Position numbers and translations under genes: made by a program. Under the pieces are notes generated by a model that was not told the origin of the DNA, ran no database searches, and worked only from the letters and a program-made list of their open reading frames with translations. Shown piece by piece: positions 47,075 to 55,719 of a stretch of 64,000 nt of DNA. The stretch is taken from NCBI GenBank assembly GCA_964537035.1, contig CAZIAK010000008.1, forward strand, positions 624-64,623, in the 5' to 3' direction. Position 1 is the first letter of the stretch; each line of letters opens with the position of its first letter. The DNA comes from an uncultured Phycisphaerales bacterium. Its GTDB lineage: Bacteria > Planctomycetota > B15-G4.

Positions 47075-48397
47075 ATGCGTACCCTGCTCATCGCCAGCCT
47101 CAGTCTGGCCCTCTTCGCACCCACCGGCAGCGCGGGACAGTTCGACCTGCCCTCCGGCTTCAACCTCGAGTCCGCTCCGGGCACAGGCTCTGTCTTCGGC
47201 ACCCTGCTCGACGGCACGGTGCTCAAGTCCACGGGCTCCTTCGGCGCCGACAGCCTGCTGGCCGTGCAGCCCGACGGCTCGACCCTGCTCTTCGCCACGG
47301 GCTTTGGTTCGCTGGCGGGTGTGGCCCAGTCCGAGGTCAGCGGCGAGATCGTCGTGGGCGACTCGTTCTTCATGCCCTCCTTGTGGAGCCTGGCCGACCT
47401 CAACGGCGACGGCGATGCCCTCGACGCCGGCGAGATGGTCCCCTACGTGGTCCAGCCTCCCGTGCTGTCCAACGGCGCCGCTCCCCTGCCCTTCGACCTG
47501 GCCTTCGCCCCTGGCACCGACGACCTCTACATGAGCGGCTCGACGCCCTTCGGTGTGTCCCCCACCCTGGGAGTGGTCACCCGCAGCAGTGGTGGCGCGG
47601 TCGCCGTGTATGGCGACAGCATGGGCTTCGCCGGCAACATGGTCTTCAGCGGCGGCTCGCTCTACATCTCTGACCTCGACGCCAGCACCTTCGTGGGACG
47701 CGTGCTGACCCTCACCGACGGCAACGGCGATGACGACGCCCTCGACATGGGCGAAGCGATCGAGTTTGCCAGTGGCCTCACCGGCGCGGGCGGCCTGGTG
47801 CAGGTCGCTGACGGCAGCTTCTATCTCTCGGGCATGAGCGACACCGTCGACTTCAGCGGCTGCGTGGGACGACTGCTGCCAGATCTGAACAACGACGGCG
47901 TCAGCGATGGCCTCGAAGAGTGCGTCTTCGACGGCTTCGTTTTCGCTGGCGGTCTGACCCTCATCGAAGGGGCCGGCGGCTTCACTGCCGGTGCCGCAGG
48001 CATGGGTACGCTCTACGTGGGCGACTTCAGTTTCTCTGGAGATCGCACGATCCGCAGCGCACCCCTGGCCACCACTTCGGTGACCGGCGATGTGGGTCCC
48101 AACAGCCTGGTGACCGTCACCGTGGGCGGCGCTCCTGGCGCCGGCGCCTTGTTCGGCATCTCTCTCGACACCAACGGCAGCACCCTCTTCGGCATCGGCG
48201 ACCTCGGCTTCGGCTTCAACGCCCCCGCTGCCTTGTCCCCCGTGTTCACGGTGGATGGCGCAGGCGTTGCAGACATCGATCTCCTCTTCAGGGCGCTCCC
48301 CGCCTTGGTGGGACAACCCCTGGTAATTCAAGGGTTTACGATCGAAGGGTCCGCCGTGGGCATCGCCAACCCGCTTGATTTCGTGTTCGGTTCGTAG
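47075..48397 (+). CDS. Secreted beta-propeller-like protein under the cobalamin riboswitch, with a possible remote copy of the C-terminal domain
   Basis: GGAG RBS; signal peptide ending GSAG|Q; Gly-rich blade repeats; three DxNxDxxxDxxE Ca-type loops; beta-rich C-terminal ~110 aa. Confidence 0.8.
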   Translation: MRTLLIASLSLALFAPTGSAGQFDLPSGFNLESAPGTGSVFGTLLDGTVLKSTGSFGADSLLAVQPDGSTLLFATGFGSLAGVAQSEVSGEIVVGDSFFMPSLWSLADLNGDGDALDAGEMVPYVVQPPVLSNGAAPLPFDLAFAPGTDDLYMSGSTPFGVSPTLGVVTRSSGGAVAVYGDSMGFAGNMVFSGGSLYISDLDASTFVGRVLTLTDGNGDDDALDMGEAIEFASGLTGAGGLVQVADGSFYLSGMSDTVDFSGCVGRLLPDLNNDGVSDGLEECVFDGFVFAGGLTLIEGAGGFTAGAAGMGTLYVGDFSFSGDRTIRSAPLATTSVTGDVGPNSLVTVTVGGAPGAGALFGISLDTNGSTLFGIGDLGFGFNAPAALSPVFTVDGAGVADIDLLFRALPALVGQPLVIQGFTIEGSAVGIANPLDFVFGS

Positions 48398-48501
48398 TTA
48401 CCTTTCCACTGCGACCTGGGGGTGTTGATCCTGACTCCCCTCTCCCGTGTCCCCCCACACCCGGATCCATCCCCGGGTCGCACCTACCGAGGGCCTCTCT
48501 C

Positions 48502-49551
48502 ATGGTCTCGAAGGTCTCACGCACATCTCTGCGTTCTCTGGTGGCCGTCTGCGCGGTCGCCGCTCTCTCACTGGCCGCCGTCCTGGTCAACACTCCCTAC
48601 GCCGACCAGGTGGTCTCCGTGGCCTCCGCACCCAACCAGGACTACGGTGTGCCCACGGATATGCTCCTGGCGCCGGCGGGCCTGGGCGACAACGCTGGCT
48701 CGCTCGACGTGTACTCCATCGGCAACGGTGGCGAAGTAGTTCTGGGCCTGGACACACCTGCAGTCAACGGCGCCGGCACCGATCTCATCGTGTACGAGAA
48801 TCCGTTCCTGACGGTGCTGGGCAACGGTGACACCTACATCGAGCTGGTCTCCGTGGAGGTCTCGACCAACGGCTTCGATTGGGCTCGGTTCCCGAACGAC
48901 TTCGCTGGCCCCGTCGGCCCGTATCTACAAGGCGGCACACAGCTGGGTGCCGATATGACCTGGTACGACGGCTTCGGAGGTGTCATGCCTTTCGCGGCCA
49001 ACCCGCCCGCGGTCAACCCACTCGACGTGGTCGCTGGCGGAGGTGACGCCTTCGACTTCGACGAGCTGCTGAACGACCCCGCGGTCGTGAGCGGCGACGT
49101 CGACCTGAACTTCATCCGCTACGTGAAGCTCTGCGACATCGAGGCGGGCCTGGACACGGACACCAAGGGCCAGATCATCTGGGACTGTGGCTTCCCCAGC
49201 TTCGCCAACGCGGACATCGACGCGGTGTGCGCGGTGAACAACACGCTCAACCTGCTCGCCAGTCGTCCCCAGGTCGAGTTCGATCTCGATGACGCGACCG
49301 GGTTGTTGTCCCTGGTCATCTCCGACTTCAATGGGTTGTTTCAGGTAAAGAACAACCTCTCGGCGTCGATCAACGGCATCATCATTCCGTTCTCGTCCCT
49401 GCTGCCCTTCTTCATCATCACCCAGATTGACAGCCAGCAAGTGACGCTCCTCACCGGTCCGGTGCCCATGGACCTGCCCCGTACCCTGCTCAAGGTCTCT
49501 GCCGCTGACGGCACAGGGCTCGTGGGCGGCGATGGAGTCTTCCTGCCCTGA
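48502..49551 (+). CDS. Secreted 'cell-surface protein' family member (GGDAFD motif)
   Basis: Signal peptide; NGAGTDLIVYENPF, VEVSTNG.DW..FP, GGDAFDF and IRYVKL.D motifs. Confidence 0.75.
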   Translation: MVSKVSRTSLRSLVAVCAVAALSLAAVLVNTPYADQVVSVASAPNQDYGVPTDMLLAPAGLGDNAGSLDVYSIGNGGEVVLGLDTPAVNGAGTDLIVYENPFLTVLGNGDTYIELVSVEVSTNGFDWARFPNDFAGPVGPYLQGGTQLGADMTWYDGFGGVMPFAANPPAVNPLDVVAGGGDAFDFDELLNDPAVVSGDVDLNFIRYVKLCDIEAGLDTDTKGQIIWDCGFPSFANADIDAVCAVNNTLNLLASRPQVEFDLDDATGLLSLVISDFNGLFQVKNNLSASINGIIIPFSSLLPFFIITQIDSQQVTLLTGPVPMDLPRTLLKVSAADGTGLVGGDGVFLP

Positions 49552-51218
49552 GTTCTTCGCCCGACGGTCGCTCGCTCGTTCGCCATCTCCTGCTGGCCTT
49601 CTCCCTGCTCTGCTCCGTGGGCTGCGGAGAAGAGCCGCCGGGACACGTCGCTCAAGACGACGGCGCCTCCGCCACGGCCACTCCACCTGCGGCCCCGTTG
49701 TCCGAAGGCCCTCGCAACCTGATCTTCGTGGTCATCGACACGTTGCGGCCGGACTACCTGGGCTCCTATGGCGGCTCGGTGGCCACGCCCTTCCTGGATG
49801 AGCTGGCGGCATCAGGGGTGCGCTTCGAGCGGAACTACTCCCACGCGCCCATGACCGGGCCCAGCCACGCCTCCATGTTCACGGCAGGGCTGCCGTCCGA
49901 TCACGGCTGCCTGGTCAACTCCCAGTCGCTCGACCCAGAGAACCAGACCCTGGCCGAGATCATGTCAGAGGCTGGATACGCCACCGCAGGCTTTATCAGC
50001 CTGGGCGTCCTGCGCAGCGCGTTTGGCTTCAATCAGGGCTTCGACGTTTACTCCGAGAGGTTCCAGGCAGGCTGGTGGCAATCGGCGGACGAGGTCAACC
50101 AGAGGCTGTTGAGCTGGCTCCCCAGGGTTTCAGCCACCCAGCCGACCTTTCTGTTCCTGCACTACTCAGACCCGCACACGCCCTACGCGCCGCCGAATGA
50201 GACCTATCCTCCGATCGAGCTGAGACAGGGCGACGACGTCGCGGCCACTCTGGCCACCAACTCGCGCCTGGCGAAGATCAGCATGACCTTGCAGCCCGGC
50301 GCGAACGACTTCAACCTGGCCGCCCCCGGCACAACCGACCGCACGTCTCTCGGTTGGGGCCGCATCCAGGTGCACAACAGCGAGGTCGCCATCGCCTTCG
50401 ACAACGGCGACGGGCAGGGCTTTCGTCCGCGGCCTGCGGGAGTCCCCGGCATCCCCGGCCTACCCAAGACCCTGCGCCTGACCAATCTCACACAAGAGCC
50501 ACTCACAGTCGAAGCCTCGGTGGCCGTGCGCATGAATCTCCGGCCGGACGAATGGCCGGTCTGGTACGCCAAAGAGGTCGCCTACGTGGACAGCCAGCTC
50601 GCCCTGGCCGCCGACGCGTTGCGAGATGCTGGCCTGTGGGATGACTCGGTGATCGTGTTCACCTCGGACCACGGCGAGGGCCTGGGCCAGCACGACCACA
50701 TGCAGCATGTCGAGCAGCTCTACGACGCGTTGCTACGGGTGCCCCTGGTCATTGTGGCCCCGGGACGCCTCGACGCCGGACAGGTGATCGAGACGCCCGT
50801 GAGGCACCTGGACATCGTCCCCACCGTGCTCGACCTGCTCGACATCCCCTCGTCGGTGAATCGCAGAGGCACCAGCCTGCTGCCCCTCATCGATGGCAGC
50901 GCCTCACCGCGGCGGCCCCCCGTGGTCTCCGAGACCCACCGGCCCGAAGCCCGCTTCGACCAGCGCTCTGTGGTCTACGAGGGCTACAAGTACATCGTCA
51001 ACGACATGACCGGCGCCGAGCTGCTCTATGACCTGAACGCCGACCCCGGCGAGCTCATCGACCTGGCCGGCAGCGAGCCCGAGCTGCTACAGAATCTGCG
51101 AGCAGCCCTCGACGCCGAGTTCCTCCGTTCGTACGGCCCGGGCATCACCCAGGTCGGCTGGGACGACCTCTCCGACGAAGACAGAGCCCAGCTCGAAGCC
51201 CTGGGCTACACCCGCTGA
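49548..51218 (+). CDS. Sulfatase-like (alkaline phosphatase superfamily) lipoprotein with Thr at the nucleophile position
   Basis: VVIDTLRPD, T-G-P-S-H instead of C/S-x-P-x-R, HYSDPH and SDHGE; lipobox LCSVG-C. The frame is open back to CTG 49548, which overlaps the upstream stop, with GGAG ahead of it. Confidence 0.85.
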   Translation: MSSSPDGRSLVRHLLLAFSLLCSVGCGEEPPGHVAQDDGASATATPPAAPLSEGPRNLIFVVIDTLRPDYLGSYGGSVATPFLDELAASGVRFERNYSHAPMTGPSHASMFTAGLPSDHGCLVNSQSLDPENQTLAEIMSEAGYATAGFISLGVLRSAFGFNQGFDVYSERFQAGWWQSADEVNQRLLSWLPRVSATQPTFLFLHYSDPHTPYAPPNETYPPIELRQGDDVAATLATNSRLAKISMTLQPGANDFNLAAPGTTDRTSLGWGRIQVHNSEVAIAFDNGDGQGFRPRPAGVPGIPGLPKTLRLTNLTQEPLTVEASVAVRMNLRPDEWPVWYAKEVAYVDSQLALAADALRDAGLWDDSVIVFTSDHGEGLGQHDHMQHVEQLYDALLRVPLVIVAPGRLDAGQVIETPVRHLDIVPTVLDLLDIPSSVNRRGTSLLPLIDGSASPRRPPVVSETHRPEARFDQRSVVYEGYKYIVNDMTGAELLYDLNADPGELIDLAGSEPELLQNLRAALDAEFLRSYGPGITQVGWDDLSDEDRAQLEALGYTR

Positions 51219-51261
51219 GGGGGCGCCTACGTGCCATGTCTTGCCTCGACGCTAGCAGCCT

Positions 51262-51452
51262 GGACAAGATCAGGAGCTGCTGGCGAAGCGCCGCCAGGTC
51301 TACGAAGCCGCACGCCAACGCCACCCCGAGCGCTGGTCGAGGGACACCAGGAACTGGGCCCCCATCGAGACCGTCGTGCTCAACCCGGAGAAGCTGAGCA
51401 CCAACATGGCGAAGACCGGATGAACTACTGCGAGGCGACAACTCTCTTGACA
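51262..51452 (+). mobile_element. IS3-family remnant (transposase C-terminus plus right terminal repeat)
   Basis: GQDQELLAKRRQVYEAARQRHPERWSRDTRNWAPIETVVLNPE* (stop 51421-51423), followed by GCGACAACTCTCTTGACA ending in CA; in-frame stop immediately upstream. Confidence 0.8.
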
Positions 51453-51505
51453 CTCACCGACACGGGGCCGAGTTTGAAGACAGGGCGAGCTTCGAAGGGC
51501 TCCGG

Positions 51506-53179
51506 TTACTTCGCTTGCAGCGTGACTGGAAAATGTTTGATATCCCGGGTCCAACGATTGACGGGGAGGCCATCTTCCAATCGCTGCACGAGCGTCACGC
51601 TGTGAGGCGCGCCGTTCAAAGTCACAAAGCGGAAGGTGCCGCTCCTGTCGCTCTCAACCCTGGCCCAGAGAGATCCACTGGAACTCATGACGTCGAGTTG
51701 TGCGGGCATGCCATCAGAAGTGACGAGTTGCCCAGTAATGGGTAGTACCTCGGTCTCAATGCGCACCGTTCCGAGATCGACATCCCCTGCGCCAAGGTCG
51801 ACAGGCTCCTTCCAGAGCGTTTGAAAGCCCAGCCGTACGGTCAACTGTAAGCCACTCACGCTTGGGCCCCCGACCTCGAAGTCTCCATTCGCGGACACCT
51901 GGCTGCTCGAGACCAACTTGCTCGGGTTGCCATAACTAATTGAGTCGTCAATCCCGCCGGGAACCAGGCTCGCCACGTCGGGCAGAGTGAGTTCCAAAAG
52001 GGCTCCGCTAATCGGCCGCTCCCACCTGTCGACGAAGCTGCCGGTGACTCGCCCGGAACCGCTCAGCGAGAGAGTGCCCAAGTCGATGCTGCCCTTTGTG
52101 CTGGCTGCGGAGCGGACAGCAATACCATCTCCAGGCGCATCGCAAATTACAAGATGCGCTACATCTAGCCGCAAGCCTGGCAGGTCAAAAGCCCCCTCCG
52201 AGTCTGTAATGCTCTCAGACTCGTCACTCAGCAAGATTCGGGACGACGAGTCGGCGACACCGAAGGCTCGGGCGCGGCCACTGCTGACAGGCTTCCCTTC
52301 GGAGTTGACTAGGATCCCCCGAATGCTCATCGCGGGCGTGAGTTCGACTTCGAGATAGGCTGCCGTACCTTCATGCCACTTGAATTCATCAGACATCCCG
52401 ACCACGCACCAACGGGCGTCGTCCTCCACGATGAGCGTGACGCCTTCTTGGCCGTAGCCCCCAGCGTCGAAGGAAAGGACGGCGAGAGGACTGACCGGCC
52501 AGTCATGAAAATCGAATCGACCCAGTTGGTCGCTGGTGACAGCTGTTCCACCGATGGCGTTGGATATGATGCTGCTAACACGCGCCCCGGCGATCGGCTG
52601 GCCGTCGGGGTCTCTCACAACACCTGAGACACTGGCGAGTCTCTCGACTTCGATGCGAATTCGCTCTAACTCAACGCCCCCGTTGTGTTGAAGTGTACTC
52701 TGACCGAACTCGTGTGCATCCGTCCAGACCGCCACGGCCAACGTGCCGAGCAAGGATGTCACTCTACAGAGCCCGGCGTTGTCCGTCCGTCCTGCCTCTT
52801 CGCTGAGAACCTTACGGGTGAGGGAGTCCCGCGACGTAACTTTCACATAGGCGCCGACGACTGGGTTCCCCCCCGCTTGATAGACAGCCTCGACAAGCAA
52901 GGGAGCCTCCGGAAGAACAGGCTGTACGGGTTCGGGTTGGGTGACTGAATGCTCGACATCGGTGCTGCGATCACCGACTGGCGTCAGGGGAAGTGGTTCT
53001 GGAGTCGCCAGCTCTCCGAAGACTATCCTGCCATGAGGATCGGCAGCGGGTCCCGCCCAATGGCCGTCAGCGGCTAGATCCGCAGCTCCCGAACTCGTTG
53101 GTTCGTCTCGGGTAAGAAGCACCGCTGCAAAGACCGCAGCAAGGAACAACACTCCCAAGAGGATGGTTAGGCGTACCAT
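51506..53179 (-). CDS. Membrane-anchored carboxypeptidase-regulatory-like repeat protein
   Basis: N-terminal TM segment; repeated 'G.V.D..G.PI.GA.V...T(S/D)..G.F' units; lower GC. Confidence 0.8.
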   Translation of the reverse strand: MVRLTILLGVLFLAAVFAAVLLTRDEPTSSGAADLAADGHWAGPAADPHGRIVFGELATPEPLPLTPVGDRSTDVEHSVTQPEPVQPVLPEAPLLVEAVYQAGGNPVVGAYVKVTSRDSLTRKVLSEEAGRTDNAGLCRVTSLLGTLAVAVWTDAHEFGQSTLQHNGGVELERIRIEVERLASVSGVVRDPDGQPIAGARVSSIISNAIGGTAVTSDQLGRFDFHDWPVSPLAVLSFDAGGYGQEGVTLIVEDDARWCVVGMSDEFKWHEGTAAYLEVELTPAMSIRGILVNSEGKPVSSGRARAFGVADSSSRILLSDESESITDSEGAFDLPGLRLDVAHLVICDAPGDGIAVRSAASTKGSIDLGTLSLSGSGRVTGSFVDRWERPISGALLELTLPDVASLVPGGIDDSISYGNPSKLVSSSQVSANGDFEVGGPSVSGLQLTVRLGFQTLWKEPVDLGAGDVDLGTVRIETEVLPITGQLVTSDGMPAQLDVMSSSGSLWARVESDRSGTFRFVTLNGAPHSVTLVQRLEDGLPVNRWTRDIKHFPVTLQAK

Positions 53180-53280
53180 GGGTATCCAGGCGGAAAGGGG
53201 ACATGGTGAGCTAGAGCCCGGCCCGCACGTTTCCAGCGCGCGGACCGGGCTGCGAAGGAAGGAAGAGGGGGGCCAGTGGA

Positions 53281-53517
53281 CTACGGAATGTAGACCAAAG
53301 TACCGCCCGTCGTCTCGACACTTTCATCAGCGGTGGGCCGGTAATACTGGCCCTCTCCGATCGTAACTGTCCGTGCCACCCCATTAGGGCCAGTTACCGT
53401 CATAGTACATTCATTTGCAACTCCCTCCCCAACTGTGCACTGGAACGCATCTGCGAAGGCAGGGGCACTCAGAAACAGAGTGCCCAGCAGCGTAAGCGCA
53501 ATCAATGTTACTTTCAT
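53281..53517 (-). CDS. Small secreted protein (78 aa, two Cys)
   Basis: MKVTLIALTLLGTLFLSAPAFA signal peptide; beta-rich mature part. Start re-called to ATG 53517. Confidence 0.65.
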   Translation of the reverse strand: MKVTLIALTLLGTLFLSAPAFADAFQCTVGEGVANECTMTVTGPNGVARTVTIGEGQYYRPTADESVETTGGTLVYIP

Positions 53518-53815
53518 CAGTCTTCTCCGAATCGGTGGTAATGAGGCATGCTTCCTATTTGGAGTCGTCAATCCAAAACTTCCTCAGCTCTCGGACTCCT
53601 CTGTGGAGCAGAGCGGCAAAGGGGCTCCAGATGAACACGGTATCTCCAGTTCGTTTCGTAAGCGTCCGGTGCGCCAGCTTCGCTGGCGCCCCGGACGCTT
53701 ACAGTAGTGCCACCAGCCCCGGAACCTGAGCACAGGCCGGAACAACGGCACTAAAGCCGCACCTCCGGCCTGTTCTGGATTGTGCCGTGGGGGCGCCGTT
53801 GGGACTTCGCGGCAA

Positions 53816-53849
53816 GGTAGAGCGCGCGGTCAGTGCGCTCCGCCCTACC
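53816..53849. repeat. GTAG-type REP-like palindrome
   Basis: GGTAG-(A)GCGCGCGGTCAGTGCGCTC-CGCC-CTACC; overlaps the TAG of the upstream minus-strand gene. Confidence 0.5.
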
Positions 53850-55542
53850 GCGGGCCATGAATGCAACGCACCGCAAGGGGCCCGAACGCCCACAGGCCAA
53901 GGCCCTCGCCAGCGGTCGGTTGGGGTGGCTGCCAATCCTCTGCCGCGTTCCACTGCCGGGAGGCCCTGGCAGCGTTCCAGCCCCGTGAGCCCGCCCACTG
54001 CAGCACGTGGTGGATGTGGCCGTTGTCCCACATCAGCTTGCCCTTCGACCCGGGCAGGTAGTGATTGACCAGGCTGACCCGGCGGTAGTCCCCGTCCTCT
54101 TGAAGCTGCTTGAGCAGTGGTTTGAGGTCTGCCTGTCGCGCGGCCGTCACTGCCACCTTCTCGATGCCCACATCGCGCATGGTCAACAGAAAGGGGATCG
54201 CGTAGCCCCGCATGTCCGTGCTGAAGACCACCAGGTGCGTCGCAGAATCATCCTGGCTGATCACTGCGGCCGCCGCCTCGATCTCGTTCTCCATGGCCCC
54301 GCGCCCCCACGTCCCCAGCACCGACGCCGAGCCCAGCAGGAGCACCCAGGCAGAGAGCCCGGCGATTCTCAGGGGGCGCACCGTCACACAGCTCCAGGCC
54401 CGCACGACCGCGAGGATCCACAGCATCATGAAGCCGAAGCAGAGCTTGGTGATGAAAACGGTGTGACTGTGCAGCACGAGATCGGTCGCGGCGAGCATCA
54501 GTGGCATCAGCGGCGCGGAGAGCCAGAACAGCCGCGCCCGACCGTCTGTCTCTCGCCACCGCGCACCCGCGAACGACCAGATCAGGAGCGGCAAGGACAG
54601 CAGAGCCAGCACTGCGGCAGCCCAGACCATGACCTCCCCGCCCGTCGTCTCGATGGAATCCGCCAGGGCAAAGTCGGTCAGGGTCGCCAGGGCCTTCGAG
54701 GCGAGGTTGCGCGGAGCGACCATGCCTTCGAAGTAGTTCATCCCCCGAGTGGACGCCCGAACGTGCCGCCACAGGTACGGCACCCAGGGCAGGAACCCCA
54801 CGGCCAGCACAAGCACACAGCGGCCCAGGGAGAGCAGGGCCGCACGACGCCGGCCTGCGCCGAGCCGCCAGGACCAGAGCCCCAGCAGGCCAACCTGCCA
54901 GGCCAGCACGAACACATAGTGGTAGACGGTGTAGAGGCCCAGCAGGGAGCAGCCTGCGAACAGCAACCACCAGCGACTCCGCCGCTTCTCGGACATCAGC
55001 TCCAACACTGCCAGGGTCGACCAGACGCTGAAGACCAGGGGCAACTGATAGGGGCGTGCCAGGTTGGTGATGCTGATCACCCAGGGTGAGAGCGCGAAGA
55101 GTGCGGCAGCCCACAACCCCGCTGCCTCACCAAGAACCACTCGTCGAGCGATCGCTGCCAGGCCGAGGACCGCCAGCGCGGTCAGGAACACAGCGGGCAG
55201 GCGCCAGACCAGCTGCCCGCTGCCTACAAGCCGCCCCCAGAGATGGGCGGCCAGATAGTAGAGGGGCGGATTCAACGTGCGGAAGTCCACGGACAATGCG
55301 TCCACCGTGTCCCGCGCCGTGTAGCCGGACTGCCCCTCGAGGCGCAGCGTCAGCTCAGACATGGGCACGGGCGGGCTGGGCCAATCCTCGATGTACTCAC
55401 CTACTGCCATCTCGTGGAAAGCGATATCGAAGGTCGTGCCCTCGTCGTGGCGGTGCTCCCAGTTCGCCGCCCGCGCCAATGAGAGGACAAGCGACGCCAG
55501 GACGCATGCCCAGAGCAGGCCAGACCTCGTCGACGGTTTCAT
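53845..55542 (-). CDS. GT-C fold (PMT/ArnT, family 39-like) membrane glycosyltransferase
   Basis: HDEGTT after TM1, NPPLYYL, RLPAV, ARPYQL; about 12 TM segments. Start re-called to ATG 55542. Confidence 0.85.
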   Translation of the reverse strand: MKPSTRSGLLWACVLASLVLSLARAANWEHRHDEGTTFDIAFHEMAVGEYIEDWPSPPVPMSELTLRLEGQSGYTARDTVDALSVDFRTLNPPLYYLAAHLWGRLVGSGQLVWRLPAVFLTALAVLGLAAIARRVVLGEAAGLWAAALFALSPWVISITNLARPYQLPLVFSVWSTLAVLELMSEKRRSRWWLLFAGCSLLGLYTVYHYVFVLAWQVGLLGLWSWRLGAGRRRAALLSLGRCVLVLAVGFLPWVPYLWRHVRASTRGMNYFEGMVAPRNLASKALATLTDFALADSIETTGGEVMVWAAAVLALLSLPLLIWSFAGARWRETDGRARLFWLSAPLMPLMLAATDLVLHSHTVFITKLCFGFMMLWILAVVRAWSCVTVRPLRIAGLSAWVLLLGSASVLGTWGRGAMENEIEAAAAVISQDDSATHLVVFSTDMRGYAIPFLLTMRDVGIEKVAVTAARQADLKPLLKQLQEDGDYRRVSLVNHYLPGSKGKLMWDNGHIHHVLQWAGSRGWNAARASRQWNAAEDWQPPQPTAGEGLGLWAFGPLAVRCIHGPR

Positions 55543-55719
55543 CCCAGACTCCAAGGACAGCTCCTGCGGGGCACGCTTGGGCAGATCATACGCTGGAGGG
55601 GTACACTCCCACGATCCGGGTCCGGGGCACCCTTCGCCTTGGCCTACCACCGCACCTCTGGCCTACCAACGAACATCGGAGCGCTCGTGTCCACCTCAGC
55701 CGCCGACCTCGGCCCCATC

